This document shows, one piece after another, positions 1 through 14,470 of a stretch of 64,000 nt of DNA. Each line of letters begins with the position of its first letter. Within the stretch, counting starts at the first letter, position 1. The notes beneath the pieces were generated by a model. The model was not told the DNA's origin. It did no database searches and saw nothing but the letters and a program-made list of their open reading frames with translations. The position numbers and the translations under genes are program-made. Source of the stretch: Octopus vulgaris (taxonomy: Eukaryota); the NCBI GenBank assembly GCA_951406725.2, contig OX597823.1, positions 12,586,001-12,650,000 of the forward strand. The letters are read 5' to 3'.

Positions 1-653
1 CGAACGTTTGAAAATATGAAGAAACTGAACTGAGTATTATGTAAGTATTTATTAGAAATGAATTTCATTTCAAAGGACCAGTTTTCGAAATTAGAATTAA
101 TTTCTCGAGGTGCTTCGAAAATTTAATAAAAAAGGCCGAGAAAATTCTCCTCACGAAACTAGCCTTGAACCATGTACGAGAGTGACGCAACACTGCTAGC
201 AAATTAGAGAACCATATACAAGAAAAAAAGTTTCCTGTGAACAAGTTGATAAGTGTAGTGAACATTGTTCACATTTACTCTTTTCTCTCTTGATTAGTGT
301 AGCGAGTTAAGAACGCGACAAGAGAGAATACTTACCACAGAAAAACAATCAATAATTATGGGGAAAAAATTAATGCATTGCTTTAGAGGACATAAATTCG
401 TTGCCACCACTGAGGTATGTTCCATGACGTAACTTTGTTAAAACCCTTGACACTAAACTGCCATAAATTCAAAACTACAACTTGATTACCTTAATAGAAA
501 ATATCTTCAGCTAGTGCAATATATTCTATCTTTGAACATGCGTAAAACGCATAATGAAATTATAGAATAATTTATGGATGAGGAAATGCCGTTAGATTTG
601 AAACTGCTGGGAAAACATCTCGGAGTATTTTTGTTATATATTCTATTTTGAAA

Positions 654-699
654 TGATGATGATGATAATAATAATAATAATAATAATAATGAAGATAAT

Positions 700-764
<65 letters not shown>

Positions 765-765
765 T

Positions 766-809
<44 letters not shown>

Positions 810-811
810 TG

Positions 812-878
<67 letters not shown>
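654..878. repeat. (AAT)n microsatellite, 5' flank of the Dong-like insertion
   Basis: Trinucleotide tract visible directly; source of the poly-Ile ORF 653..910. Confidence 0.97.
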
Positions 879-879
<1 letters not shown>

Positions 880-2046
880 GACTATATATACAACGTATAG
901 AAGGTGGTAGAGGCCTTATACAGCTGGAAAACTACTATAAAATAACCACCATAGGACTGCAAAAATACCTACTTCAGAAGGAAGGAAAACTGATCCAGAT
1001 AGCAGCAAAACACGAGCAAAACAAAAAACTGTTCTCAGTATTTAAGGAATGACAAATACAAACAAGAAATCATACCACCTAATAAACACAAAGAAGAAGA
1101 AGAAGATGATGAAGAAACAACAAAAGCTATAAAACAAATGAAATCCAAACTAAAAATAGAACAGCAACGAGCCATGATAAAATGATGGCAAGAAAAGTCC
1201 CTTCATGGTAAATACTGCACTAAACTAAACGCAAAAGAAATAGACAAAGAAAAATCCCAGCAATGGTTGAGAAGCTCAGGACTCAAAGCAGAGACAGAGG
1301 GATTTTTAATTGCAGCACAAGACCAAAGCCTCCCCACCAGAAATTACCAAAAACATGTAATGAAAAGAAATATAACAAGTAACTGCAGAATATGTGGAGA
1401 TGGACAAGAAACAATAAATCATATCATCTCTGGCTGCCCAGTCCTGGCAAAGAAGGAATATATTCACAGACATGACAGAGATGGAACCTACTTACATTGA
1501 AAGCCATGCCAACATTATGGAATAACAACAGAAAAAAGATGGTATAGGCACACACCAGAAAAGGTCGCAGAAAACGAGAAAGCAACCATACTCTGGGATA
1601 TGCCGATACACACAGATAGAGAAATTAAGGCCAACAGACCAGATATAGTTGTCAGAGATCATGAAGAAAAAAATGCTTTCTAATTGATGTGTCAATACCG
1701 ACAGATGACAACGTGTCTCTAAAAGAAATGGAGAAACTCTCAAAATACAAAGACCTGGAAATAGAGGTAACTAGAATGTGGAACCTGAAAACAGAAACAA
1801 TTCCTATCATAGTAGGTGCATTAGGCATGATAAAAAAATATTCAGACAAATACATAACAAAAACACCAGGACTTACAAACACATATAACATACAGAAAAT
1901 TGCACTACTAGGCACTGCACACATCCTACGCAGAACACTTTCCATACAATAACCATCAGAGCATCACAACAAATCACAGCACATACCCAAGGCACACAGA
2001 GCTGCGCTCGGTAGTGAAGTGAAAGCACTCTATAAAAATAAAACTA

Positions 2047-2049
<3 letters not shown>
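879..2049 (+). mobile_element. 5'-truncated, degenerate R4/Dong-clade non-LTR retrotransposon (RT C-terminus, CCHC knuckle, restriction-like endonuclease, 3' UTR)
   Basis: Translation gives RLYIQRIEGGRGL, CRICGDGQETINHIISGC (CCHC), ANRPDIVV...IDVSIP...EKLSKYKDL (PD-D-K-type REL nuclease) and IPIIVGALG, with stops and frameshifts. Flanked on both sides by (TAA)n, the known Dong target. Confidence 0.9.
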
Positions 2050-2120
<71 letters not shown>

Positions 2121-2365
2121 GTCGAAGAAGAAGAAGAAGAAGATGAAGATGAAGAAGAAGAAGAAGAAGAAGAAGAATATGCAGAAGAAGACGAAGAAGA
2201 AAGAGGTGGAAGAGAGGAGAAGACGAAGTAAAATAGGAGGAGGAGAAGGAGAAGGAGAAGGAGAAGGAGAAGAAGAAGAAGAAGAAGAAGAAGAAGAGGA
2301 TAAATGATGCTACATTTTGAAATAAGATAACAGTTTTGGTGCAGTTTCATCTCTTGATTTTCTCT

Positions 2366-2440
<75 letters not shown>
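2050..2440. repeat. Compound (AAT)n / (GAA)n / (CA)n microsatellites
   Basis: Directly visible. Confidence 0.95.
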
Positions 2441-2443
<3 letters not shown>

Positions 2444-2724
2444 TGCATATGTTTATACTTAAGAGAATATTAAAAATTTCGTGGAACTTACACAATGGCA
2501 AGTGGTAGAGGCGATATTATCGGAAAATCACGGGAATAAAAGAGAAATGACAGTCTCCTGATGTATTAAAGACAAGATAACATCAGTGAATGTGTGGAAG
2601 TGCTTATTAAGACAGCTGGAGTTTACCATTATATGTTGCCATAATGATTACTTATTTAAAATAGATTGCACTTGTTACATATATGTGGTTCATAATCACT
2701 TCATTATCTCCTGTTTGAAAGTAG

Positions 2725-2727
<3 letters not shown>

Positions 2728-2769
<42 letters not shown>

Positions 2770-2814
2770 TAGACAGATAGATACGCATAAATATATCTGT
2801 ATATGCATGTATGC

Positions 2815-2904
<90 letters not shown>

Positions 2905-3306
2905 ATATATATATGTGTGTATATATATATAAATATATGTATATATATATGTATATATATATATGTTTATATATGTATATATATATATATCTATATATAT
3001 ACATATATAAATATATACAATAAAACATACGCGTACATATATACATATATGCAAATATATAAAAATATAAGTACACACACACATGTACATATAAATGTGT
3101 GAGTTTGTGTATATGCATGCGTATATGTATGTACACACATACATATATGTATACATAGGGTCCCACGCATACACAGACATATGCAGACGCTTATGTGTAA
3201 TGAAGTAAATACGTGCAGTGTTATTTTGTATAGTGTGCGTGCAGTTAAGATCATGTGTGTGTGTGTGTGTGTGTCAGTGTGTGTGTGTGTCAGTGTGTGT
3301 GTGTGT
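2728..3306. repeat. (TA)n/(TG)n low-complexity tract
   Basis: Directly visible; explains the Y/I and V/C repeat ORFs. Confidence 0.93.
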
Positions 3307-3595
3307 ACGTACGTCCGGTGTTTATAATGCGATATAATCGAATGTTTTTTGGCAGAGTGTAATGCACCGGTGCAACGCTGAATTTAAATATAAAAGAATG
3401 CAATCATGAAAAGTAAATTTGAAAATCTATTGAAAGCCACACAAAGCAGTTATTAGACAATTAATTTGGAAGAAAAAAAAAAGCAATGTATTAAGTAAAT
3501 AAATAATTGCATGAATAAATAATATCTTTACTACGTTCCACTTTCTGGTATGTTCAGACCCCTTCACGTGAGGCTATACGATAGAACCATGTTGA

Positions 3596-3996
3596 TACGA
3601 GGTGGTATCAAAATATTCCCGGATTGATTCTGTAGCTCGCTAACGGGTGGTAACACTTGGTTGCGTGCACAGTGAGAGCTTTTCATGAGTTAGTCTGCCC
3701 AGTGACACAATTCTGTGATTACTGTGCAAGTTGTGAAATTTGTATTTTGTAATATTTCGTGTGCGCTGTAGTCTGCGATTTTGTCATGGAGAGGAAGTTA
3801 TAAGAAAAAGCCAGCCTAAAATTTTACGTGATACTTGGAAAATCTGCTACAAAGGCATTGAGCATACTTCGACAAGCTTACGGCGAAGAGGCAATGTTTC
3901 GAGTGGCACAGGCGCTTCGAAAGCGGAAGAACGTCCCTGGAAGTGATTTTTTATTAAGCATAACTACTCGGAGAACTTACTGATACCACCCTCATA
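3596..3996 (+). mobile_element. Internally deleted mariner element (N-terminal HTH remnant between TIRs)
   Basis: TA-flanked imperfect TIRs TACGAGGTGGTATCAAAA / TTACTGATACCACCCTCATA. From 3786: MERKL*EKASLKFYVILGKSATKALSILRQAYGEEAM, frameshift, FEWHRRFESGRTSLE, matching a mariner transposase N-terminus. Confidence 0.8.
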
Positions 3997-4059
3997 CCTT
4001 ATCCAAAGGTATCTCGACTCATTAGAGGTTTAGAGAAACTGACTGAATACAAAACAGCA

Positions 4060-4128
<69 letters not shown>

Positions 4129-4767
4129 CCTGATGCAGTGTCACGCAGTGGCTATGCCCTGATGCAGTACCAGGCAGTGGCTATACCCTGATGCAGTACA
4201 AGGCAGTGGCTATGCCCTGATGCAGTACCAGTCAGTGGCTCTGACGGCTTCTGATCTTAACTGATTGGAAGTGTTATCATGTGCATTGTTTTGTCTTGGT
4301 ATAAAAGATGGGCTACTGCAAATATTCTGCTCAATACTACAGATTTGCTTGTCTGTTGTTTGACCTTAACCAGTTGAGCATGTCTCTTAATGGTTGACAA
4401 TATGTGCATCTCTGATCACGAGCAGAAGTAGTGGGGGAGCATCATAACCATGTATCGAGAGGGATTCTTTGGGGTTTGAATAATTCAGCTCTGGAAACAT
4501 GGGTGGTTCGTTCAACATCCTTATACAGCCCTTATTCAGGGAAAATTTTAGCGGGATGGGTTACTCCACCAGAAGAAAATTCTAACTGGGCCTCACCTGC
4601 AAGGTCATGTGCTGTTTATCTTGATATGGGATCACCATGTCACGCAGATATGGTTGTGATGCATGTGCCTAGAGTACCCTTATCAGACGGGTAGTCATGA
4701 TGGGTATACTCGGCTTTGTATATTTTACCCAAGTGTCACTTTGATGGCATCCACTGCTCTCAAACTC
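4129..4767 (+). mobile_element. Non-coding ~640-bp interspersed element embedded in (TAA)n; about four 29-bp tandem units at its 5' end
   Basis: Flanked by (AAT)n at 4059-4128 and 4768-5037; homologous copies at 5052-5246 (+) and 45396-45847 (-). Confidence 0.75.
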
Positions 4768-4819
<52 letters not shown>

Positions 4820-4832
4820 GAGAATAATAATA

Positions 4833-4868
<36 letters not shown>

Positions 4869-4930
4869 TAATAATAATAAAAATAATAATAATAATAATG
4901 ATAATAATATTAATAATAATAATAATAATG

Positions 4931-4962
<32 letters not shown>

Positions 4963-5050
4963 AATGATAATAATAATAATAATAATAACAATAATGATAA
5001 TAATAATGATAATAATAATAATAATTATAATAATAATGGCAACAACAACA
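4768..5050. repeat. (AAT)n/(GAT)n microsatellite
   Basis: Directly visible. Confidence 0.95.
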
Positions 5051-5051
5051 A

Positions 5052-5246
5052 TACCAGGCAGTGGCTGTCATGTCTTCTGATCTTAACTGATTGGAAGTGT
5101 TAACGTTTACATGTTTTGGTTGGTGTAAATAATGATCTACAACATATATTTTGCTGATTACCACAGATTTCCATGTCAGTTGCTTGACCATATCCAGTTG
5201 AGCGTGTTGCTTAGTGGGGCTGTGATAACGTGTGTCGAAAGAATTT
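5052..5246 (+). mobile_element. Diverged partial copy of the 4129-4767 element
   Basis: TACCAGGCAGTGGCTGTCATGTCTTCTGATCTTAACTGATTGGAAGTGTTA matches ~4225-4276. Confidence 0.7.
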
Positions 5247-5509
5247 ATGTGGAATAGGCAGCTTATTTAACTGAAGTTTGGTATCTAGTAAATTGCTCTG
5301 TTCGTAAAAGAATCAAATTATTCACGTTGGGTTTGACCTCTCTGCAAATGATTAGGAAGACCACAGTCCCACCCAATTAATCTAAGAAGCTTCATCAGAT
5401 TCTGTTTCATACATTGTTACATATGCAATCGTATATCAATCTATTCTTACGCCCACATAACACAGTGGATACTTGGATTCACAGAATCAAGCAGAACACA
5501 CAGTGTATG

Positions 5510-5580
<71 letters not shown>

Positions 5581-6518
5581 CTTTATATGAATGTGTCTAT
5601 GTGTACGTGTATATATGTGTGTGTGTACACACAGGGAAAAAAGAGTCACACGCACGCACACATATACATATGCACAGATACAGTGAGGAAGACTGAGTGT
5701 ATATGTGTGTGAGTGAGATGGTCAATAATGTACAGTAGAATTGATCGTGTGGCTTACCTTAGTAAGACTATATATGTCAAGTGTTCTCGATACTTAACAT
5801 TACAACACTTGTGTATGTTTAGATGCTTCTATTGTAATATCGCCCTTCAGCAGAGATAGTCATCTCCTTATCAAATCGTGCTACATTTTCTGGACACTCA
5901 AAAACGAAATACATACTTTTTTGTTAATGACTATAGAAGTATCTGTCTATAGAAATATTTGCAACAGTAAAAGTGGCAGTAAATGAGACTCAGATATGTA
6001 ACGGACTTATCAGTCAAATATACATAGAACCATAGGTTTATTTATACTCAAATACAATCATCTACCCACACAGACTCGCGCATAAACATTCACTTAAATA
6101 TTCCCAAACGCATGCATTTACACAGGCACACATTCAAATAAACGCTGACACCAATTCGTGTTCTCTTTTACTTACATCTTAGCACACAGAATACCCTCTC
6201 GAAATATACACATGCATAAAAACATACACATACATACACATGCATAAAAACACGCATGCATACATATGTACATTTACACACACGAATATGCACAGAGTGC
6301 TCTACAAGACAATACGTACGAGGTAGCTTCTCATTTAAGTAGAAACTGGAGCCAAAATTGAAATCGCTCTAAAAGTCACAGTCATGTTCTCACAAAGGTA
6401 GGAAGAACATTTTGGACAAGCAACAGTCCATGGTATGTTAAAAAGGATGGACGGTCACAACTGGCATTCTATTCAGAAACTACAAGACAAAAGCGCAAAA
6501 AAAAAACACCCACTACAC

Positions 6519-6558
<40 letters not shown>

Positions 6559-6973
6559 CTCTCTTACGTATACACTCACTGACAAACTCTCTCACTCACC
6601 CATATACAGATATGTTGAAATTTGATGTACGTCTTTGGCAGAAATTTATGTTTACACTTTTATTTCTGATAGTTCCTACATTATTTCAGCAGTTGGCAGG
6701 AAGCGCATGGCCAAGCGCTTATGATGTTAGGTTTTGATACATAATGTCCCTGACTCGATTCCGGCAACAGAAACCACATTTTGTCCATCAAATTGTCATT
6801 TGGTATTTCGTGCTCAGCTGAAAGTGAGCGCAAACCAAGTACAGATGTGGTTGTCGTTCTCTCCAGCTCTCACCAACTGGATGTTTCGCTAGGTCTATGG
6901 TTGAAAGGGATCAAGAGATTCTCTGATGTCTCTGTCTGCTCGCGACTAAATAGACAAACAAGCGGATGTGTTC

Positions 6974-7543
6974 TATTGTATTGTCCGGAAAGTTCGTGCT
7001 TATTTTTAAAGGAAAGAAAAAGTTCAATAAATACTTGCCATTACATTTTTAATAAACCAAATATCAACCATTTTGTTGCACAATTCATCTCCATCTTTCC
7101 TTTAACTTGATAATACCATCTTCCCAGAATTGAGGTGGTTTTATGGTAAATAATTTATCAAGGTATCGTTTTACGTCATCCAAGGAAGTGAAATTTTTAC
7201 CATTAAGACTATTCTGCAGAGACCTGAATAAGTGGAAATCCGAAGGAGCAATATCTGGTGAATATGGAGGGTGGGGTAAAACATCCCAGCCGAGCTGCAG
7301 CAATTTTTGTCTGGTTCCCAAAACATCAAGTGCCGAAAATGACCTTTCTTATCTTCCATTTTCAAGGGTTACGGAATTAACACAGGTTATAGGAACATAA
7401 ACCTTCTTCCACGAAAAGATAGCTTAAACTGTTCGCTAAATGAAGGTGTAGTGAAATCCTATTTTATGGACTCAAACATGTTCTAAAATAAGTCGAAATG
7501 TAAGCTACTATAAATCGGCACGAACTTTCCGGACAACCCAATA
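6974..7543 (-). mobile_element. Internally deleted mariner (mellifera-like) element
   Basis: TIRs TATTG(T/G)(A/G)TTGTCCGGAAAGTTCGTGC at both ends, with TA. N-terminus MEDKKGHFRHLMF is joined to C-terminus LGWDVLPHPPYSPDIAPSDFHLFRSLQN (YSPDLAPSD motif). Confidence 0.92.
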
Positions 7544-7858
7544 ATTACTCTCTTGACAAAGCTTGGCGAACCTGATCGTTCATCATATAGGATTCCTTCT
7601 CTCAGCATCAATGCTGGAAGCACTTTTGATTCAGTTCAGTTCTTAATCTGCCTCTTCATAATCCTCCATTTTGCAGTTCTATGATTCGTTATATTCCCAA
7701 TAGGTTGGCTGAACAGGTGCTATGCCGTTGGCAAATGGTAGCCCTTAGCTATGCACAAACATTTCCTCATTATTTAAATAATCTACGACTCCGCATGTCG
7801 CATAAAATAACAAAGGAAGCGGACAATGTCACGCCGCTCTCAAGAACGAATATGAGCG

Positions 7859-7904
<46 letters not shown>

Positions 7905-8249
7905 AAGGAAGAGAAACAGACAGACAGCAGGGAAAGAAAATAGAGAACGAGAAAGCTTGTAAAATCTTTAAAAGCTAAAAATAAAATGTGTGTGGTGGGT
8001 TAGAACATTGACCAAACTATCGGTTGGTCAATGTTCTTCCTCCATGTATTTCTTTTCCTTTTTATTATTTTGCACGTTTACTCTACTTGTTCTGTTGCTA
8101 GTATATTATACTTATATATAATAATACCATCATGCGCAGATAATTATGTATCTATGCACACATATACAAAGATGCTTCTACGTCGGTTTGGACACAGGGA
8201 ATTCGGTGGTTAGGTCAACTGAATTCTCTGATCTTTAAAATTGATTTGA

Positions 8250-8652
8250 AATTTTGGAACAAGGCCAGCAAGTTCGCAGCAACGGAAAGGTAGATTTCAT
8301 CGACATCGGTGCTCAACTAGTAGTCTTTTTTTTTTATCGAAACTCGGAGGGACGAAAAGCAAAGTCGATCTCAGGGTGATTTGACCTCAGAACGTAAAGA
8401 CGGACGGAATGTCACTAAACATTTTGGTGGGTGTGCTAACGATTCCTTTTTTACTGTAGGCACAAGGTCCGAAGTTTTTTGAGGGAGGGAGCCAGTCGAT
8501 TAGATCGACCCCTATACGCAACTGGTACTTGATTTATCGACCCCGAAGGGATGAAAGGCAAAGTCGACCTCGGCGGAATTTGAAGGTAAAGACAGACGAA
8601 ATACTGCTAAGCATTTCGCCCGGTGTGCCAATGTTTCTGCCGGCTCGCCGCC
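8250..8652 (-). mobile_element. Two tandem copies of SINE family A (GGCGGCGAGCTGGCAGAA head, GCCTTTCATCCTTTCGGGGTCGATAAA core)
   Basis: Matches many other copies in the window; the core resembles the Meta-SINE domain as I recall it. Confidence 0.85.
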
Positions 8653-8740
8653 TTTCTTTGCTCCTTGAATTAACATGTACGTGAGTGAGTATTTCACAGC
8701 AATGTGCACTCTTAATGAAATCCTCAGCAAATATATATAG

Positions 8741-8808
8741 AGGGGCAAAATGTCATTTTTCAAAAATTTGTCTGGATTTCTTTTTATCATTGTCTTGTGT
8801 GTGTGTGT

Positions 8809-8854
<46 letters not shown>

Positions 8855-9242
8855 TGTGTGTGTGTGTGTGTGTGTATGTGCGAGCGTGTGTGTGGGTGTC
8901 TGTGTATCTGAAAGTAGTGTCAAATGGAAAATCGAATAAAAGGAAGGAGGAGGAGAGAAGGAACAAAAAAATGTGTTTAGATTTTTGCAGCTGGTCAGTC
9001 TTTCAATAGTAAATGATTCTTGGCTTTTAGAAACAGTAAACCCAGCTGCTCACTTTAAGGGGAACAAAATGTCACATCTCAAAAAATTGCCTGGAATTCT
9101 ATTTATCATTGTTTTGTGAGAGATAGTGTGTGTGTTTATGTGTGTGTGCACGTGTGTGTGAGTGCCTGTGTATCTGAAAGGGTTGTCGATGGAGAAGGGA
9201 AGAAAGAAGAAAGAGAGGAAGAAGAAATAATTGTGTTGACAT
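8741..9242 (+). repeat. Two diverged tandem copies of a ~320-bp unit; an inverted third copy lies at ~10722-11010
   Basis: GGGGCAAAATGTCA...TTTATCATTGT...TGTATCTGAAAG repeated; 8985-9048 is the reverse complement of ~10729-10792. Confidence 0.7.
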
Positions 9243-9429
9243 TTATACCACTGTTCACTTCTTACAATTCAATGTTTGATTCCTGTGCTGATACGGTCAG
9301 GAAAATCTGGATAAAAGATTGTTTTATTTTTGTATATGTGCATATGTGTAGTACTGTGTGTGTGTGTGTGTGTGTGTATGTGTGTTTGTGTGTGTGTTTA
9401 ATACAATTTACTTTACAAAATTGGTCCTT

Positions 9430-10660
9430 CATCTAGTACAAATTATTATAGAAATATTTCCAGCCATTCAATTTGGGGGATAATTTTGTTATGAGATATT
9501 TTTCCATATTTCTCCTGAAGGAGGTGTCATTCTCTGGACATTTGTAGAAGGGAAATATCTTAAATTTTCCTTATCCACATGTAGCTAGGTGTTTACTCAG
9601 TGGAATCTTTCGCAGTTCATCCTGTCGGACATGTTGTCGGTTAATCCTGGCTCGTTGGCATAAAGAATTTTCAGTTTCACCTATATAATTCTCCTTGCAT
9701 GTGGGGCAGGTTATGCAGTATATTACGTTCTGCGTCTTGCAGTTCATGTCTGCATTTACTTTGAATATGTGACCACGCTTACATTTTATTTGTTTATCTC
9801 CCGCTATATATTTCAAGGTGGGGTTACTGCAGACCCCACATCTACCATCTCTATACTCTTTTACAAAGAATTCGGTTTTAGTTTCTGATAAGAATTTCGC
9901 TCTTGTTAGTTGTTTATCCAGGTTTTTGTCTTGTCATTTACTGTTTTTTATGCGATATTTGTTTAATATGTTTCCCATTTTGGGGCTTTGTAGGACTATT
10001 GGTAAGTTTGAATGTATGAATTGAAACATGTTGGTAACTCCAGGGTTGTGCGTGTTTATGAAAGGGATGATGTTTTCTTAGTTTCTCGTTTTTAGAGTTC
10101 TGAGTTGTGTGATGTCTAGTTAGTTTCATTGCTCTTGAGATTCCATTTTTTATTACTTTGAGTGGGTATTTTTGTTCTAGTAGGAAGTTTTTAAGTTCAT
10201 TTAGTCTTATTTGGCGTGTTTGTGAGTCGGTTACTATGCTGCATATGCGTTTTGCCATACTATATGGGATGTTTTTTTGTATGTTGCATGGGTGGCAGGA
10301 GTAGAAATTTAAATATTGGTGTGTGTCGTTTTTTTTTTTTGTAGTGGATGTCTGTTGAGATGATGGAGTTGTGTATCTTGATGTTGATGTCTAGGAAAGG
10401 AAGTTCGTTGTGGCTTGTATCTTTCATGAAGTTGATAGATGGGTGTAGTATGTTGAAGATGTTGCGGAATGTTCGTAGATCTTCTTCTGATATGTTCCAA
10501 AAGATGAAGCAGTCATCGAGGTAGCGTTTCCACTTTTTCTTGATGTCTTCTCTGAAGTCATGTTCGAAGACTTTCCCTATTTCATCGTATAGTTTTTCTC
10601 AAGGAAACCCATCACAATGTTGGCATATGAAGGTGCGAATTTTGTACCCATAGCTGTTTG
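9430..10660 (-). mobile_element. Penelope-like element remnant (RT C-terminal part, Cys linker, GIY-YIG endonuclease); pseudogenised
   Basis: Minus-strand TAMGTKFAPSYANIVMG, WKRYLDDCFIFW, LPFLDI, MAKRICSIV, CKTQNVIYCITCPTCKENYIGET...RARINRQH; frameshifts present. Confidence 0.92.
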
Positions 10661-11156
10661 AGGAATACAACTATGAAGTGGCTTAGTTGCTGTGTTGTCA
10701 ACTGGGGCCCTGCACTACTGGTGTGACTAGCTGGGTTTGCCATTTATAAAAGCCAAGAATCATTTACTATTGAAAGACTGACTAGCTGCAAAGATATCAA
10801 CAAGAAATTTTTTCTTCTTTCTCTCCTTTTTCCTTTGCTTCTCACTTTCTTTAACACCTCTTTCAGATACAAACACATACACACGCTCTCTCTCAATTTT
10901 CCCCCATTCCTCACCCTCTTGTACTATATTATATCTCTCCCCATTCTACACACACAATAATACTATAAAAAGAGACAAAATTCCTGCAAAAGTTCAATTT
11001 GACAACTCCACTAGAGTGGACGAAAGCACTATGATATGATATATGATTTATTAAAACATGTGACATACTAATAAATATCTGTAAATATAAAACCATCCAG
11101 ATTTCTGAGTACCTCATTTCTTCTAATATATAATACCTGTAATTCATCTCCAAACC

Positions 11157-12895
<1,739 letters not shown>

Positions 12896-13107
12896 CGTAA
12901 CGTAGCAGCTGGATAAGCAGGAAACTTAAGTAGGTTGATGAAAATATAAACTGAAGTTTTTGGTTCGTTTATATAGGTGAAATTACCTGTGTTTATGTGT
13001 GCGTATATGGTTTTTTGTGGGTATGTGAATGTTCATGTGTGGGAGTGTGAATGTTCGTGTGCACACACATACACATACACATCTATGTATATGTACGTGT
13101 ATGCGTG

Positions 13108-13214
13108 CGTTGTCGTTGTTGTTGTTTGCCTGTATAACTCAAAGTTACACAGAACCTTGTTATGGAATATAGATCTCAGTGGGAAGGTATTCTCTGACAG
13201 TATTCTCTTAGTAT
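13108..13214 (+). repeat. ~105-bp inverted repeat, left arm (partner 15029-15130)
   Basis: TGTATAACTCAAAGTTACACAGAACCTTGTTATGGAATATA versus TATATGTTCCATAACAAGGTTCTGTGTACCTTTGAGTTATACA. Confidence 0.8.
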
Positions 13215-13354
13215 AATTCAATAATAAAGTCACTCTCTGTCTGATGCAAACATTATTATTAGTAATACTTAATCGTACTTAAAGAGGTTTACTGCAGTAG
13301 ATGCCATGAGAAAAATTCTCATATAGTCTTTTGGCGTAAAATGCTGATGTTCTA

Positions 13355-13985
13355 TATATTGCTGGTGAGGAGATGAGTCGCTGCAACCTCTATGATTTGC
13401 TACAATCTCTAGCGGTCGAGCGTCCATCATTGATGAGAAAAAGGAAGATTGAAATTACGTGATCTCGTGGTCTCGGCGCTAGAGGTGGAGGTAAGTTAGC
13501 GATATAAATAAGCGTGCATTTTGCACAAAATCCAGTATGAGAGTTTCTTTCTTGATATCTGCCACAGTAAAATTTGTCTTAACAGGACATCTACGTTTAA
13601 GCAGGAATAAATATGACCTCTTGGTATTAAAACTCCCTCTATCACTAATATATGTTTTTTAGAAAGCTGACTGATAAATCACCCCACCAGTGCCTGTTCA
13701 GGCACTTATTTCCTGTATATCGCTGGCGGGTAGATGAGTTGCTGCTGTCTCGAACGGTCGAGCGTCAATCAATGACAAGACCAAGGAAAGTCGAAAGTAC
13801 ACGATCTGGGGTTGGTGGAGATTTATCTCTCCACTAACGATATAAACAGGTGTGCATTTTGCACCAAAATCTTCTGTAACAGTTTCTCTCGTGGTATCTA
13901 TTGCAGTGTCAGTTATAACAGAACATCCCCGTTTGATTGGGAATAAATATTTTCTCTTGATATTAATATTGCCTCTATCGTTTAT
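13355..13985 (+). repeat. Diverged tandem duplication (period ~350 bp)
   Basis: GCTGG...AGATGAGT.GCTGC...CGGTCGAGCGTC...GATATAAA...GTGCATTTTGCAC...GGAATAAATAT...CCTCTATC occurs twice. Confidence 0.7.
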
Positions 13986-14297
13986 ATATATTATTATTAG
14001 TGCTTAGCTTTAAAATCATAATTCTTTCTCTCTTCCCTGATTTCGCTGTACAAACATATTTCTGTACCTTTGTGCATATATAATCAATGTACAGTCTTGA
14101 TTCATTGAATATATATATATATATATATATAACTCTAATATAGGATAAGATTTTTCGAACAAAGTTCTATCAATGGGTAGCATATCAAAAAAAACCTTTA
14201 AAGGTTAAATTTATAAACATTTTATAAGTATGGGCAAAAGAAAAAATTTCTAATGCCAAAATATGCCGAAAATAGACACAACGTGAATAACCATGTA

Positions 14298-14421
14298 ATT
14301 TATCACTACAAGCACGCGTTTCGAAGAAAGCCGACAGAAATTTCTAAAAATCCCGTTATTACCATATCGGACCCGATTTCAGAGTTAGTTCATAAGAGCC
14401 TTCCCTTCATCAGTGATAAAT
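14298..14421 (-). ncRNA. Hammerhead-like motif (type I, long helix II insert) in a TA-flanked pLTR-like island
   Basis: Minus strand: ATTTATCA-CTGATGA-AGGGAAGGC...GCTTTCTTC-GAAA-CGCGTGCTTG-TA-G-TGATAAAT. A-C pair closes helix II and there is one extra G after the triplet. Confidence 0.55.
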
Positions 14422-14470
14422 GTGGCAAAGAAATAAGTGAAATACTTACTTATACCCATGGGAGAATACT

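Noticed and set aside
4129-4241. 29-bp direct repeats resembling a CRISPR array; CCTGATGCAG resembling a hammerhead core
   Set aside because: No spacers, eukaryotic context, and no CUGANGA plus GAAA arrangement.
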